Source of the DNA: Naegleria gruberi
Lineage: Eukaryota
Strand: one strand, 5' to 3'
DNA length: 64,000 bases
Assembly (NCBI GenBank): GCA_000004985.1
Contig: GG738902.1
Shown: positions 1 to 11,079 of the stretch, piece by piece
How positions within the stretch are numbered: position 1 is the stretch's first letter
Layout of the letters: each line of letters opens with the position of its first letter
The notes under the pieces: generated by a model
What the model was told of the DNA's origin: nothing
What the model saw: the letters and a program-made list of their open reading frames with translations, nothing else
The model's database searches: none
Made by a program: the position numbers and the translations under genes

Positions 1-1446
1 ATTTGTCCAGTTTGATCTGATGCGCTGGTTCTTACTTTGTTCTTTGGTAGCTCCTTTTGAGTTGCAAGTTTTGGTGATGTGAGAGAAGGAGTTGGAATGA
101 TAGCATCATCTTCGTCATCATTTATCAAATTAGGTGGCAATATAGGTGTAAAACTTTTAGAAGGGGTTGCTTTTTGAGAAACTTCAAATGTTCTGGACGA
201 ATTGGAGCCCAATAATTTTTTCCTCAAAACATCCTTTACCTCTTCAATAATTCTATCTTCATCCAATACTGCCACTTCTTTCTTTGTTGGATGCATATTT
301 ACATCTATTTTTTTAGGATTTACATTAATACTTAAAAATACGAAAGGATGTGTTGACTTTGGTAAATAAGGTTCGAATACACTCATTACGCCTTTTTGTA
401 ATTTACTATGAGATACTAGTCTTTCTGTTAAAGATAAGTTTAAATAATGAGAGAATAAATATACGTACTGTTAATAAATAAAGTAAATGCTTTTTCCTTT
501 GAGCTATAATTTACATTTGTAAAGTACATTTTTCCAGTCAACTCAATTTTTTCATTGTTAATATCTGCTTCAATAATTTCCTTCTCAATTTTTGGTCCAA
601 ATAGTGCTTTGATATTTTGTCTGACATTATTTTTGGTTAGTGTATGTACAATTGGTTTGGTTTCCCCTTGCTTAACAAAAGTTATTAACATTCTAAGAAT
701 CTATACCAACCTTTTTCAATGTAATACTGACACCAGTATTGAATAGTGCATAGGCTGTAACTATTTTTTGAATAGCTTTAGGTTCTGTATTCAAGTTGAC
801 AGATTCCCTTCGAGTTTTGTTATCAAAGAATAAATTTTCGGCTCGAATGATGGTACCTCTAGCTCCAGATCTTTTTTTCATTGGTCCTGTGAGTTTTCCA
901 TCTCTATAGGTTGCACTATTTCACAAACGTCAATAAATTTCATAAAAGGAAACCTACAATAGAGCAGTCGATTGTTGTTCCGTTTTTGATGTTATTGTCA
1001 CGTGAGCACAAGTACTAACACTTGACAAGGCCTCTCCTCTAAATCCGAATGTTGCAATACTTCTCAAATCCTCAAACGAAGATAATTTACTTGTGGTGTG
1101 ACGTTCACAAACAATTTCCAAATCTTTGGCCTTTAATAAATATAATTAATTAAATAATTTAATTTAAATATTCAAATATTCTCAATCAAAGACTACATAC
1201 TCCAATTCCACATCCATTATCAGTTATTTGAAAATATTTTAATCCTGCATCTCCAAACTCTATCGTAATAGAATCCGCTCCAGCATCAAGAGAATTTTCC
1301 AATAATTCTTTAATTGCATTAGAAGGTGCAGCAATAACTTCCCCTGCAGCAATCTTGTTAATCACTTCTTCCGAGAGAGGTTTGATCTTCCCATCAACTG
1401 GTGGCTGAGAAATGCCAACACTGCTTACTGTTTGTTGTGATGACAT
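1..1446 (-). CDS. MLH1: DNA mismatch repair protein MutL homolog (MLH1-like), partial. The N-terminal GHKL ATPase and transducer regions span several exons; the C-terminus lies beyond the window start.
   Basis: Exon 1 (1201-1446) reads MSSQQ...[30 protein letters not shown]...ITDNGCGI, which is the MutL/MLH1 ATP-binding motif. A GTATGT donor follows at 1200-1195. Downstream exons (693-1130, 440-691, 1-440) carry GFRGEAL-like and MLH1 transducer-domain matches. The ORF-track pieces line up collinearly with MLH1. Confidence 0.75.
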
Positions 1447-1706
1447 TTTTTTTTCCAGTTAAAAAAGGATTATTTTTTTACTCAACCCGCCAACTCCTGT
1501 GGAATTAATACTTTACTGTTAATATAAAGTTCTATTCACACTAGCAGTATTTCTCACTACTTCTGTATTTTACAGCAAAAGCTTTTTGAGCTTCCCCCCA
1601 GTTTTGGTTTTAACAATCAATCAAAGATTGATCCACTTCTTTCGACATTGCAATACTAAGCTGATCAAAGGAAGCTATTTACTGTAAGATTATTGTTTTG
1701 GGTTTA

Positions 1707-4205
1707 TTAATAAATTATGTCGAATTTAGATAATAAATTGAACATAGTTTTACCTGTTTTCTTTTGCAAATCATCATCATCCACAAAGCCGCTTTCACCT
1801 CTCTTTTCAATGATGGTTGCTGCTTCTTTATCACCAACACTTTTGAAACTCTGTAATTCATTGCAATTACATTCATTGATATATAAAAATTGATTTGCAT
1901 GGAGAAATTCCATTTGATTAGCAAATACTCCAAAGTAATCTGCAAAGTTTTCCTTGTGGATGACAATCAAATCATTATCATTTGGAATATTAGACACAGT
2001 CTTTCCTGTAATTATTATCGTGATATTATGAACTTCCAAAGGTTCGTCCTTTTCGTTAGTGAATTCTAATTTTCTGTTTTTTTCTAATTCCAAATTTACC
2101 TCTGCAAGTGAAAGATTACCACTTTCAGAATCTGCCCATTTGCACTGTATATGAAAAACCAGAATAGCTGTACCATGTTTTTCTTGTAATCCTAAAATAA
2201 GAACATCACCTGCCTTAGCAGCAGTGGCATTTAAAACCACATAACATTCCTTTTGTTTGAAATCTAAATTATTGTTTGCCCTTACATCAAAGTCAAATGT
2301 TGGATATCCAGAGCTTGTTGTAAGTTTGATCTTTTGTTGTTTACGATGAATGTGGTTGACTGCACACATCATTTCCACCTTTGGTATCCTTTGTAATTTA
2401 ATTGAAGCTGTACCAGATTGCATTTGAGTAAAAGGAAATAAATGTTCTATGGTTAGATCTTCTTCATTATCAGACAATAAAGATAATGTAAGATATAAAT
2501 ATCTATGGATAATTTTTTCCCAGCATCCACCGTTAATGTTCTTATCAAAGCTGAAAAACAAGTCTTCGTAGAGCTTAGTAAATTCAGTGGGTATTAAATT
2601 TCTCAATAACACTGGAGGGTATATTGCAATGAATTCGTCTTCTCCAACTTGGTCAAGCATAATATAACCCTTATTCTCCATATCAGAAAATGTAATTGGT
2701 GGTGCATGAGTTCCGATGACGTCTGTCTTTGATATTACTTTTCTTGTGAGAATGCAATAAAGGAGTGTTTTGGAATATAAACTATTGAACACAGGATACT
2801 TATTAGTCAGAGTAGCAAAGGCCCCTCCCCAAGCAGTTCTTTCAGTTAAATTAGTTTCTTGTAAATGTTGTAGATAAAACTCAATACCTCGAGGGAAACC
2901 TCCAAATAATCTTATAAAATGTCTAAGTTCTGTGTTCGTTCTCCAATTTATCAACTTATCATTGGATGGTTGAAGTTTGTCTAAAATATACCTTATTTTA
3001 CCTTCTGGTAATAAAGCAGTAATTGGAATGTATTCTGGTGTATATGTACTTCCAGCTAAATTATGACTTATGACACTGTGATAAGTACCTGCAAATAAAG
3101 GTAAAATATTTGTTTTGTGTCTTGGCATGTGTTGTATAAATTGCCCTATACCAGACATTATTTGTCGAAGAGGATTCAACTGTTTTTCGTTTGTGCCAGT
3201 ATTAACTGAATGTGCTTCATCTATTGCAATGTAAAATCCAATCTTGTCACTGTTTTCAAACAACCTTTGTCTAAAAGCAGTCAATACTGTAGTCATGGAA
3301 AGGGTTCTATTTTTCACAAATGCAGAAAATGATTTTCTAAATGCATCGAACTCCATATCGATAAAACATACAACTATAGAGTATATCATCCTCAATAATA
3401 ATGATTCAATGGGTCTAAAGCTCTCTACAATTTGATCATATGAGCAACCATTACCGAATGTAACAAATAATGGGAAATAATCAACACTTAACTCTTTTGT
3501 TTTGGCCAATAAGACACCCATTTCTTTCAACAATCTAGATTTCCCAACACCAGGTGCTGCTGCAATAAATGATAATCTTACATCGGATTTATCAATAATT
3601 TCCTTATCCTTGATCTTTGAATCTTGTTTTTGATAAACATTCATAATAGCATTTACAGGTTCATCTCTTCCAACAAACTCGAAATCCGTTCCAAATGAAT
3701 GTACAAGTATCCCTGATGACCGTTGAATTTTGTCATACATTGTTGTTACATCGAACTTTTCAGAATTAATATGTTTGGTGATAAACACCATCATTTGATC
3801 AACAGTTATTTCTCCCGAAATATTTTCAGTTTCTGCAATCCCTTCATCCGTTTGCTCATTATTTTTGATCAAATCTGTTATTAGCCAATTAGCAATGGCT
3901 TCCGCAATATCTTTGTGTATATCTTTACCATCCATCAATGAATTAATTACTGCCTGTTTTGCCTCTTGTGGTGTCTTATTGCTTTCTGTGCATGTTTGAT
4001 AAGCACAAATAGCATTGTACAAATGCATTCCTCTCAATTGTTGATTTAAATCATCATCACATAATCCCAGCTCCTCTTTCAATGCGTTCAACACATCACT
4101 TTGATTCCATTTCCTTATTTCTTCTATTGTTTTTCTCTTCTTGCTATTCGGTATGGAAAACAGTTTCGTTGCACAAGCTAATCTCTTTTTATCGTTTGAA
4201 GACAT
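1707..4205 (-). CDS. 832-aa P-loop NTPase (Walker A AAAPGVGKS, Walker B FYIAIDEAH) with a C-terminal region containing a candidate PD-(D/E)xK-like D...QEK motif. The architecture is Crinkler/STAND-like.
   Basis: A single long ORF with an ATG at 4205. The Walker A motif GVGKS is followed about 95 aa later by hhhhDEAH. The C-terminal segment ...KAGDVLILGLQEKHG...FHIQCKW fits a D-x8-QxK nuclease-like core. The N-terminal roughly 100 aa may form a helical SAM- or death-like module. Confidence 0.5.
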   Translation of the reverse strand: MSSNDKKRLACATKLFSIPNSKKRKTIEEIRKWNQSDVLNALKEELGLCDDDLNQQLRGMHLYNAICAYQTCTESNKTPQEAKQAVINSLMDGKDIHKDIAEAIANWLITDLIKNNEQTDEGIAETENISGEITVDQMMVFITKHINSEKFDVTTMYDKIQRSSGILVHSFGTDFEFVGRDEPVNAIMNVYQKQDSKIKDKEIIDKSDVRLSFIAAAPGVGKSRLLKEMGVLLAKTKELSVDYFPLFVTFGNGCSYDQIVESFRPIESLLLRMIYSIVVCFIDMEFDAFRKSFSAFVKNRTLSMTTVLTAFRQRLFENSDKIGFYIAIDEAHSVNTGTNEKQLNPLRQIMSGIGQFIQHMPRHKTNILPLFAGTYHSVISHNLAGSTYTPEYIPITALLPEGKIRYILDKLQPSNDKLINWRTNTELRHFIRLFGGFPRGIEFYLQHLQETNLTERTAWGGAFATLTNKYPVFNSLYSKTLLYCILTRKVISKTDVIGTHAPPITFSDMENKGYIMLDQVGEDEFIAIYPPVLLRNLIPTEFTKLYEDLFFSFDKNINGGCWEKIIHRYLYLTLSLLSDNEEDLTIEHLFPFTQMQSGTASIKLQRIPKVEMMCAVNHIHRKQQKIKLTTSSGYPTFDFDVRANNNLDFKQKECYVVLNATAAKAGDVLILGLQEKHGTAILVFHIQCKWADSESGNLSLAEVNLELEKNRKLEFTNEKDEPLEVHNITIIITGKTVSNIPNDNDLIVIHKENFADYFGVFANQMEFLHANQFLYINECNCNELQSFKSVGDKEAATIIEKRGESGFVDDDDLQKKTGKTMFNLLSKFDIIY

Positions 4206-4739
4206 TTTTTAATCTCGTTTTTCACTGGGTATCCAGACATGCCTTCAAGTAATAGAAAATGGTCCAATTATTCATAGCATTCATATTCTATCGCCTAAAT
4301 ATGGTATTTAATAGCAGCATGAGAAATCATCAACAGGTAAACCAGTTAAAATTGACCTACGGAAGACAAAAATCTGATAGAAATAATAAATTCAATTCAG
4401 AAAAATTCCAAATCCATTAATTAGTAATCCAATAGCATCCAATATTTGAAGGTGATTAGTATTGGTGGTCTTCATGAAAACATGTTGATACGTGTGATGA
4501 CGTGATGGTTAAGATAACCAATGTCGCAACAATGCAAAACAAAACACTTGACATGAAAATCATGACAGATTCCGAGCTTGGTACTTGCCACTACTCAACA
4601 TACTCAGCACATCAAGGCCATTATTAAAGTATGCAATGGTCACTTCCGATTGTTCCATTTTTTTATCTTGTTTTCTCTGTTATAATAAAATGCAAAATGA
4701 GGGCGGTGTGATAAAACAATGCAGCACCTAGGAGCCAAC

Positions 4740-5151
4740 TCAATTTAAAACTTTAGCAATTGCTGTTGGAGAGTTTCTGAAAGCTCCACAACCAAGGGCT
4801 GACAAGACCACATTTCTAACTCCATGTTGAACTGCAATCTTTAAAATGGCCTCAATACTGCCAATATTTCTCTCATCAATTTCTCCATCACATGATTGAG
4901 AGAGTTTGGAACTGCAGCAGTGGTAATGACATCGCCAATTTTCTCTTTTCAACATCTACAGATAACCATCTTATGATTTTGATGATGGAAGGACTGAAAG
5001 AGAGATGAATGGACATGTTATCATCGGAAGATTCTGGATAAACAATAATATTATTAAAAAATGTCTCATCAACAAACCCCTCACTATCAAATTGTTTGTA
5101 AAGAATTGGTTTTTCCTCCGACAAGTGAAAGTGTCCAAGTTGTTCAAGCAC
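4740..5151 (-). CDS. Macro-domain / microbial-type PARG-like (DUF2263-like) C-terminal fragment. It has two exons (4892-5151 and 4740-4857) joined across a 34-nt intron, and may be a truncated remnant.
   Basis: The terminal exon encodes ...IEAILKIAVQHGVRNVVLSALGCGAFRNSPTAIAKVLN, which matches the conserved C-terminal LGAxGCGxFxN motif of the DUF2263/PARG-like macro fold. A GTGATG...GGCAG intron at 4858-4891 restores the frame from the upstream exon. No QEE catalytic signature is seen. The 5' part overlaps QOR exon 1 on the opposite strand. Confidence 0.3.
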
Positions 5152-6310
5152 CTAAAAATTTATTATCGGAACCATTGGCTAAAAATCATGTCAGAATCAA
5201 AATTCTCTATGGTTGTTTGAATTATGCTGATGCGTGTAGGTTTTTTTCAATTTTTTTCTTGTATTTGACACAAAATTAAAGTGCAATGTGGAGGAAAATA
5301 TCAGGAAAAGATGAATGCTCCTTTTATTCCTGGAAAAGAGTTGGCTGGTATTGTTTGTGACGTGAATGGAAAGGGTGATCGTTTCAAAGTTGGAGATTGT
5401 GTCATTATGCTTGCAGAGAAAGATGGTTGGCAATCATTTATTGATCTACCACTTCTCTATCCTGCCATTATCAAAGTTCCAAAGAGTGTCGACTTGAAGA
5501 AGGCAGCTTCATTGTTGGTTGCTTATTCGACTAGTCATGTTGCATTGACTCATCCAAGACATGGTGCATTAACTCAACATGATGGCAAATCAAAACGTAG
5601 TACTGTACTTGTGTTGGGTGCGAGTGGAGGTGTTGGTTTGGCTGCAGTTCAAATTGCTAAATCACTTGGAGCTATTGTAATTGCTGCATGCAGGTAAGTG
5701 GTTTTTTCACCAATCTACTGAACTACATTAAATTTTCACCAACAGCTCTGATGAAAAATGTAAGATTTGTACGGAAAAGGGACAAGCTGATTTTGTTGTC
5801 AATTATTCATCCAACAAGAAGGATTGGTTTAAACAGGTTTTGGAATTTACAAAAGGAAAAGGATGTGATATAATCTATGATCCAGTTGGTGGAGATTTAG
5901 CTTTACAAAGTTTGAAATGTATTGCCTGGGGAGGTTCACTAATTGTAATTGGATTTGCCTCGAGTATTCAACAAATTCCAGCAAACATTTTGCTAGTCAA
6001 GAATGTGAGGTTTGTTTCTTTATTTCAGTCTTGATCATTTTAAAAACATTTAACTAAAATTATTGGAAATTTTAGAGCTACTGGATGTTATTGGGGCTCT
6101 TATATGAAACATGAACCTCAAGTCATCCAACAAAGTATGGCCACTCTATTTGAAATGCTTGTGAAGAAGCAAATAGATCCATATGTGAGTGAATGTTATC
6201 CAATTGAATCAGTTGCCAAGGCCATGAATGACATGTTGGAAAGAAAGACAGTTGGTAGAGTGTTACTTTCCTTCCCTCAACAAGAAAATATTAGACCATC
6301 AAAGTTGTAA
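5061..6310 (+). CDS. Quinone oxidoreductase (zeta-crystallin-like, medium-chain dehydrogenase/reductase family). It has 4 exons: 5061-5235, 5282-5693, 5746-6009 and 6076-6310.
   Basis: Exon 1 reads ...LNYADA, and exon 2 reads CGGKYQEKMNAPFIPGKELAGIV...LVLGASGGVGLAAVQIAKSLGA, a Rossmann GxGxxG motif. Exon 3 contains ...DPVGGDL... Intron donors are GTAGGT, GTAAGT and GTTTGT, and the acceptors are AAG, CAG and TAG. Splice phases are consistent. Confidence 0.8.
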
Positions 6311-6406
6311 TAATAATCCAAGTTTATTGTTTGTGAACAAATAGAAATCATGATTTTTCATAAGAAATATTTCCCGCTTCTTTTTTCTTAAAATTTACAA
6401 AAAAAA

Positions 6407-8512
6407 ATGCCTCCAACAAAACAAAATAAAAGGAAAAAAAAACAAGTGGACGAACCACACACTCCAACAAAAAAGACAAGGAGAGTTGCTTCCGATGCAA
6501 ATTTTAACAAAAGTATTGAAGCAGAAATACAAAATGACTTGTCCACGTTAGAAACAAATGAATCCCACCTTTTGAGAATGTTTATTTCTTCTGGATACCA
6601 TAAAAGTAAACCTTTTCAGGTTCCAGCATGGTGTACTTCTAAAAACAGATTCCTTTGCAAACTTTCATTGTTTAGTATTACCCCCAGCGATGTGTCTAAC
6701 CACAACGACGTTATTTCCTCTTTGGCAAAGGAGTTTGGAAGTCTAGTAAGCAAAGTTGCAGAAGAAAATGCATCAGAAACTTCTATTCGAAATCTACTAT
6801 CAAAAAGTCCAAAGTTTGAAATGAAAGTTTGTGACTCGATGGAAATTCAACATGCAAGGTGGTGTCTTTACCCTTTATTGTTCAAAGAAAGGGTATTTAT
6901 GGGATGTTATGAAGAGCCTAGCGAAGTGGAATTAACCATAAGGATGTTCAGCTCTCTTTGTAATATGAGTGATCTTTTTGGAGATACCAAAACAAATGCG
7001 TAAGTTTCTTTAGCTTCAATTTATGACTCATAATCGATACAGAGGGGTTCAAAGCTTTAAAGACAAAGAATTGAACGAAAAACTCAAAAAATTAATGCCT
7101 GATAGAAGTGTTTCATTTAAAATTCCACAGACAGGTTCGTATGTAATCCGTGTACTTCAAGAAGATAAGTCAGATATCCTCAAGGTGGCACAAAATCACC
7201 CAAATGAAGATAAAATTATTTGCTTGTTAAAAATTTCTCACAGCAAATTGATGAGAGAAATTGTAACCACACAACTGTCACACCAAGATTTGGAGTTTTA
7301 TAGTGGCGTGTACACTTATGGATTTTTAACAAGTAAAAATAGAGTTGAGATTCTTGGTATGAGATGTGATGTAATGCAGACCGATACTGAAATATTCCAA
7401 TTTAAGTATTATCTTGAACATTTAGGAAAATTCAACCTTGTTCATGGAGAACCTCTTTATCGTTTATGTGGATTTGTTATGGCTATATTTGCCACCTGTG
7501 CAAAACAACAAGAAAAAATCAACATGTTCTTGAAAACATACCCCAAATCAGATGAAAATAGCATTTTAATTGCTGAGAAGTTAAAGAAAAAACAATCTGT
7601 CTTTGAGGTCTCTGACGAAATAAGAATATGGCATGGTTTTAATAGATATGTAGTTGGAAAAGTGGAGTCTGTTCAGATATTCAAGGGAAAGTCTATTGCT
7701 AGAGTTAAATTATTAGAATCACCAAAATATTTATATATCAAGCACTCTATAGAACAAACAACTCCTAGAGTACCTCAATCTATGGGTTTTCCTTGCACAA
7801 TAGAGGTCAAACGAATAGATTATCATGTTGAGATATCATTTGAAGGTGAATGTTTGATAGATGTAAAATTAGATTTTGAAAAAGCTTTGAAAATGATTGT
7901 TCAATTATTGGTTGAAATGGGAAATGTTCACATGTTACAATATATTCATAATGATGTGAAAAGAAGTAATATTGTTATTTACAACAATTTTACCAAGTTA
8001 ATTGACTTTGAACTAGCAAAGAATTTTGACTCTTATGATAGGGAGAATCAAATTTGTGAACTTTTTGGCGACAAGGTTTATTCCAAAGCAGGTATGTTTT
8101 CATAATTTACGATATACTAATCCAACCAAATCATTAAGGAACTCCAAATATGATGCCTCCAGAAAAAGAAAAAACAGGATCTGGTTATATTACACCTATG
8201 ACCGATATTTATTGTTTGGGAATTGTTATTTCAGAAATATTAGATAGGAATCTTACAGTTTCACCATTTTCAGAAAATCAAAAACGAGTGATAACTAAGA
8301 TACGAGAAATGAGTACAAATATGATCCACAAAGATCCAAAACAGAGATGGGATACAGATCGGTGTCTTGAATATCTTCAATATGAAAAAATCATTTCAAA
8401 AAATGATATTCTCCATGAAAAGGAAAATCATGACAGAACCACAGAGTTTATTAATAGTGAAACACAAAAAAACCTTGTTGATGGTTCGATAGTGTGGAAC
8501 AATAGACTTTAA
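6407..8512 (+). CDS. Divergent protein-kinase-like protein. It has 3 exons (6407-6999, 7043-8091, 8139-8512) and an uncharacterised roughly 200-aa N-terminal region.
   Basis: The catalytic loop reads HNDVKRSNIVI (HRD-like, with K and N conserved), followed by DFELAK (DFG-like) and GTPNMMPPE (APE-like), then DIYCLGIVISEIL. Introns are 7000-7042 (GTAAGT..CAG) and 8092-8138 (GTATGT..AAG), with consistent phases. No clear glycine loop or VAIK lysine is present, so it may be a pseudokinase. Confidence 0.6.
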
Positions 8513-8594
8513 TTGTCAATTTAAGAGATCCTTTTCAAAAATTTTCCAAATTCCTTGCCTATCTAAGCAGAAATCAATCACACTTGAAACAATT

Positions 8595-9110
8595 CTATTG
8601 GTTAATGCACCACCAATCTTTCAAAATTGTCTCGCTTGGTGTCCAAACGAAATTAATGTAAAGTATCAAGTTGCTACCACTGTCAAAGCAGTTAAACAAA
8701 AATTACATGGTTTGAGTGCGACTATTCTCTGCTCAACCAAGAGCGAAGTTGATGAAAAGTAAATGATTGAAAAATGTTGCACATACCAATCTTGCTTGAT
8801 TGAATGTAATTGAAGTATCTGTACTAGATCTGTAACATTGGCAGCTCTTGCTAAATCTTGCTTATTAGCCCACACCAATTCGATAGTAAGGAATCTTCCA
8901 TAACTTTATGTAATTTTTCTGAAACTTCTTCAAACCTCTCTATCATTCTAATCTACAATGAAAATAAAAGCATCTATTCCATTACAATTGAGTTTCCATA
9001 TGGTTCTAATCTTTTATGATCACCAATATCAAAAACTCTGAATTGAGCTCTTATATTGAATCACTTCATCATTGAAACCAATAGTAGGGATAGTATTGAC
9101 ATTCTCATCT
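8595..9110 (-). pseudogene. ARF/ARL-family small GTPase-like locus. The reading frame appears interrupted, so this is a candidate pseudogene or highly degenerate paralog.
   Basis: Collinear matches to ARF are seen on the minus strand: TIPTIGFN (switch I), FRVFDIGDH (WDVGGQ-like), IERFEEVSEKLHK, LVWANKQDL (the NKxD motif) and LQLHSIKQDWYVQ. These segments sit in different frames without convincing introns, and no P-loop exon was found upstream. Confidence 0.35.
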
Positions 9111-9729
9111 AATTAAATCTTGTACAGAGTTGATGTTTTACCAGGAATTGATTTGTTATAAAATTTGAGTCATATGAATTGGATATGAGGTTTTGCTTGT
9201 TTCTGATAATCAAACTGATACTAAACATAATACTGCAGAAGGAATTTTGAAGCAAAAACATGAAATAAAAAAGACTACAGCACCACAGGTTCCCAAGTTG
9301 TCTCCAACCTCAGTACTGATGTGGCTCGACGATGCTTAACTTCTCAAATCGGACGGGATGAGGTGCATTCATCGTGATATGGCCGTAGCCATCAATAGTC
9401 TTAAATTCTGAAATATAAATCTACCACCAAGAGGAACATGGCTGGAGAACAGGTGTCCTTTTACTGACTTAGAAAGAAACCAGACAACTTTCAGAAGAAC
9501 ACGTCAAGATCGAAATCAAAGAGAACACAGAGAGTTTAACAAACTCAAGAATTGAATAAAGCTAAAAAGGAAAGTGAATAACTGTTCTGTTGTTAATTAG
9601 AGAGAAGCGAAATGTGAAAATTTTCAATATTTTAAAATCTACAAGTTCACAAATCCCCATTCACAAAGCATGGCTGTAACACAAAGATAAATTACAACAT
9701 GGACCTGTAACAAGTTCACTTTCAACAAA

Positions 9730-10665
9730 ATGTCAGCACAACAATCACACAGTGGCCCTGTTCAACTATTTTTGGATTTGGATCTTTCCTCTCCATTGCT
9801 TATTCATCAATTACGTGATGTTCCCTCTTCATTAAAATATCATGTCATTATGCTTCCGATAAATAATGCATTTCAGTTGACCATAGATCAATACAGTGGA
9901 TATGAAATAGATCATGGAATTTTATTTTCTGATTTTAGTGATGATGATTATGGAAAATTTGCACATTTAATTTCTAAAAGAGATTTACGATATATTTCTA
10001 AACAAATTATGAAATTAAATAATTACGAGTTACTTGTTTCGATTGCTGTCAAATTGAATTTGTGGAATGAAAAGAAATTTGTCTTGTGAGCTGTTAAAAA
10101 ATTTGGATTTTCTCTCAGTTTTGCCTCAATAAATTTGCAAAATGATAGAGAAGTGGTCATGGCTGCAATTGACCAAAATGGATATGCCATTCAGTACGCA
10201 TCTGAAGAAATTAGAAATGATAGGGAGATTGTTAAAAGATCCATTTCAAGAGCTGGATGTGCACTTCGATATATTGCCGAGGAATTGAAACAAGATAGAG
10301 AGATAGTGATGGAAGCTGTTAATGAAAATGCAATGGCTCTTGCAGACGTATGTAATTATTTTGGAAATGATAGAGAAATAGTATCATTGGCTGTTAATAC
10401 TGATGGAAATATTATTAGATTTGCAAGTCCTGAATTGAGAAACGATAAGGAAATTGCAATGCAAGCTCTTAAGAAAAAAGGAATGTCCATTAAATACCTG
10501 TCAGAAAATTTGAGAAATGATAAGGAAGTTGCTATGCAAGCTCTTCAAAGTTGTGGTATAACAGGAAGGAGTTTTGGATTGTACATACATACAAAAGAAT
10601 CACCATTAGATTATTTATCTGAAAGTGTTAGAAATGAAATTGAATACGAAATGAACATGAGATAA
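9730..10665 (+). CDS. DUF4116-repeat protein (tandem roughly 37-aa N[DK]REIV..A...NG.AL.YAS repeats). It has 2 exons, 9730-10085 and 10119-10665.
   Basis: Exon 2 shows at least five repeats, for example NDREVVMAAIDQNGYAIQYASEEIR and NDREIVKRSISRAGCALRYIAEELK. A 33-nt intron at 10086-10118 (GTGAGC..CTCTCAG) joins the exons in frame as ...KKFV/FFASINLQNDRE. Confidence 0.65.
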
Positions 10666-11079
10666 AGAATTAAAAACAGCATTTGAAATCTGCTGAAAGT
10701 GCACTAGCTAAATCACAATTTAATATTGGACAATTATACCAACAGCGTTGAATAAGGTTATCGACAATGAACTCAAATTGGTGCTTTAATTCCAATAGCA
10801 CGAACTTGAGTTTTTTTTATGACAATAATCCATATATTCACTGTTTTTTGGATGTTGATGGCGTTTCCTGGTTGCTCACTGTTGATAAAACAGATTTTTC
10901 TGCATTTTTTCACTTCGGATTCAAAAAAACATTTTTGTAATTTCAAATCTTGGTCAAACTTGAAGTTCAAACGTATTGTTTCAGAAAGCAAGCATTGAAT
11001 TTTACCTACAATAATTTAAACCCTTTGCAATAAAAATTTTAAAAAATAATTATTTAAAATTATTATTTCTGAAAATTAT

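Noticed and set aside
1715-1966. ORF 1715-1966(-)
   Set aside because: It is an out-of-frame reading inside the 3' end of the large NTPase gene.
8990-9025. A 33-nt GTAATG...TTGTAG segment considered as an intron within the ARF-like locus
   Set aside because: Splicing it does not restore an ARF-like alignment, and other frame breaks remain. The locus is better explained as degenerate.
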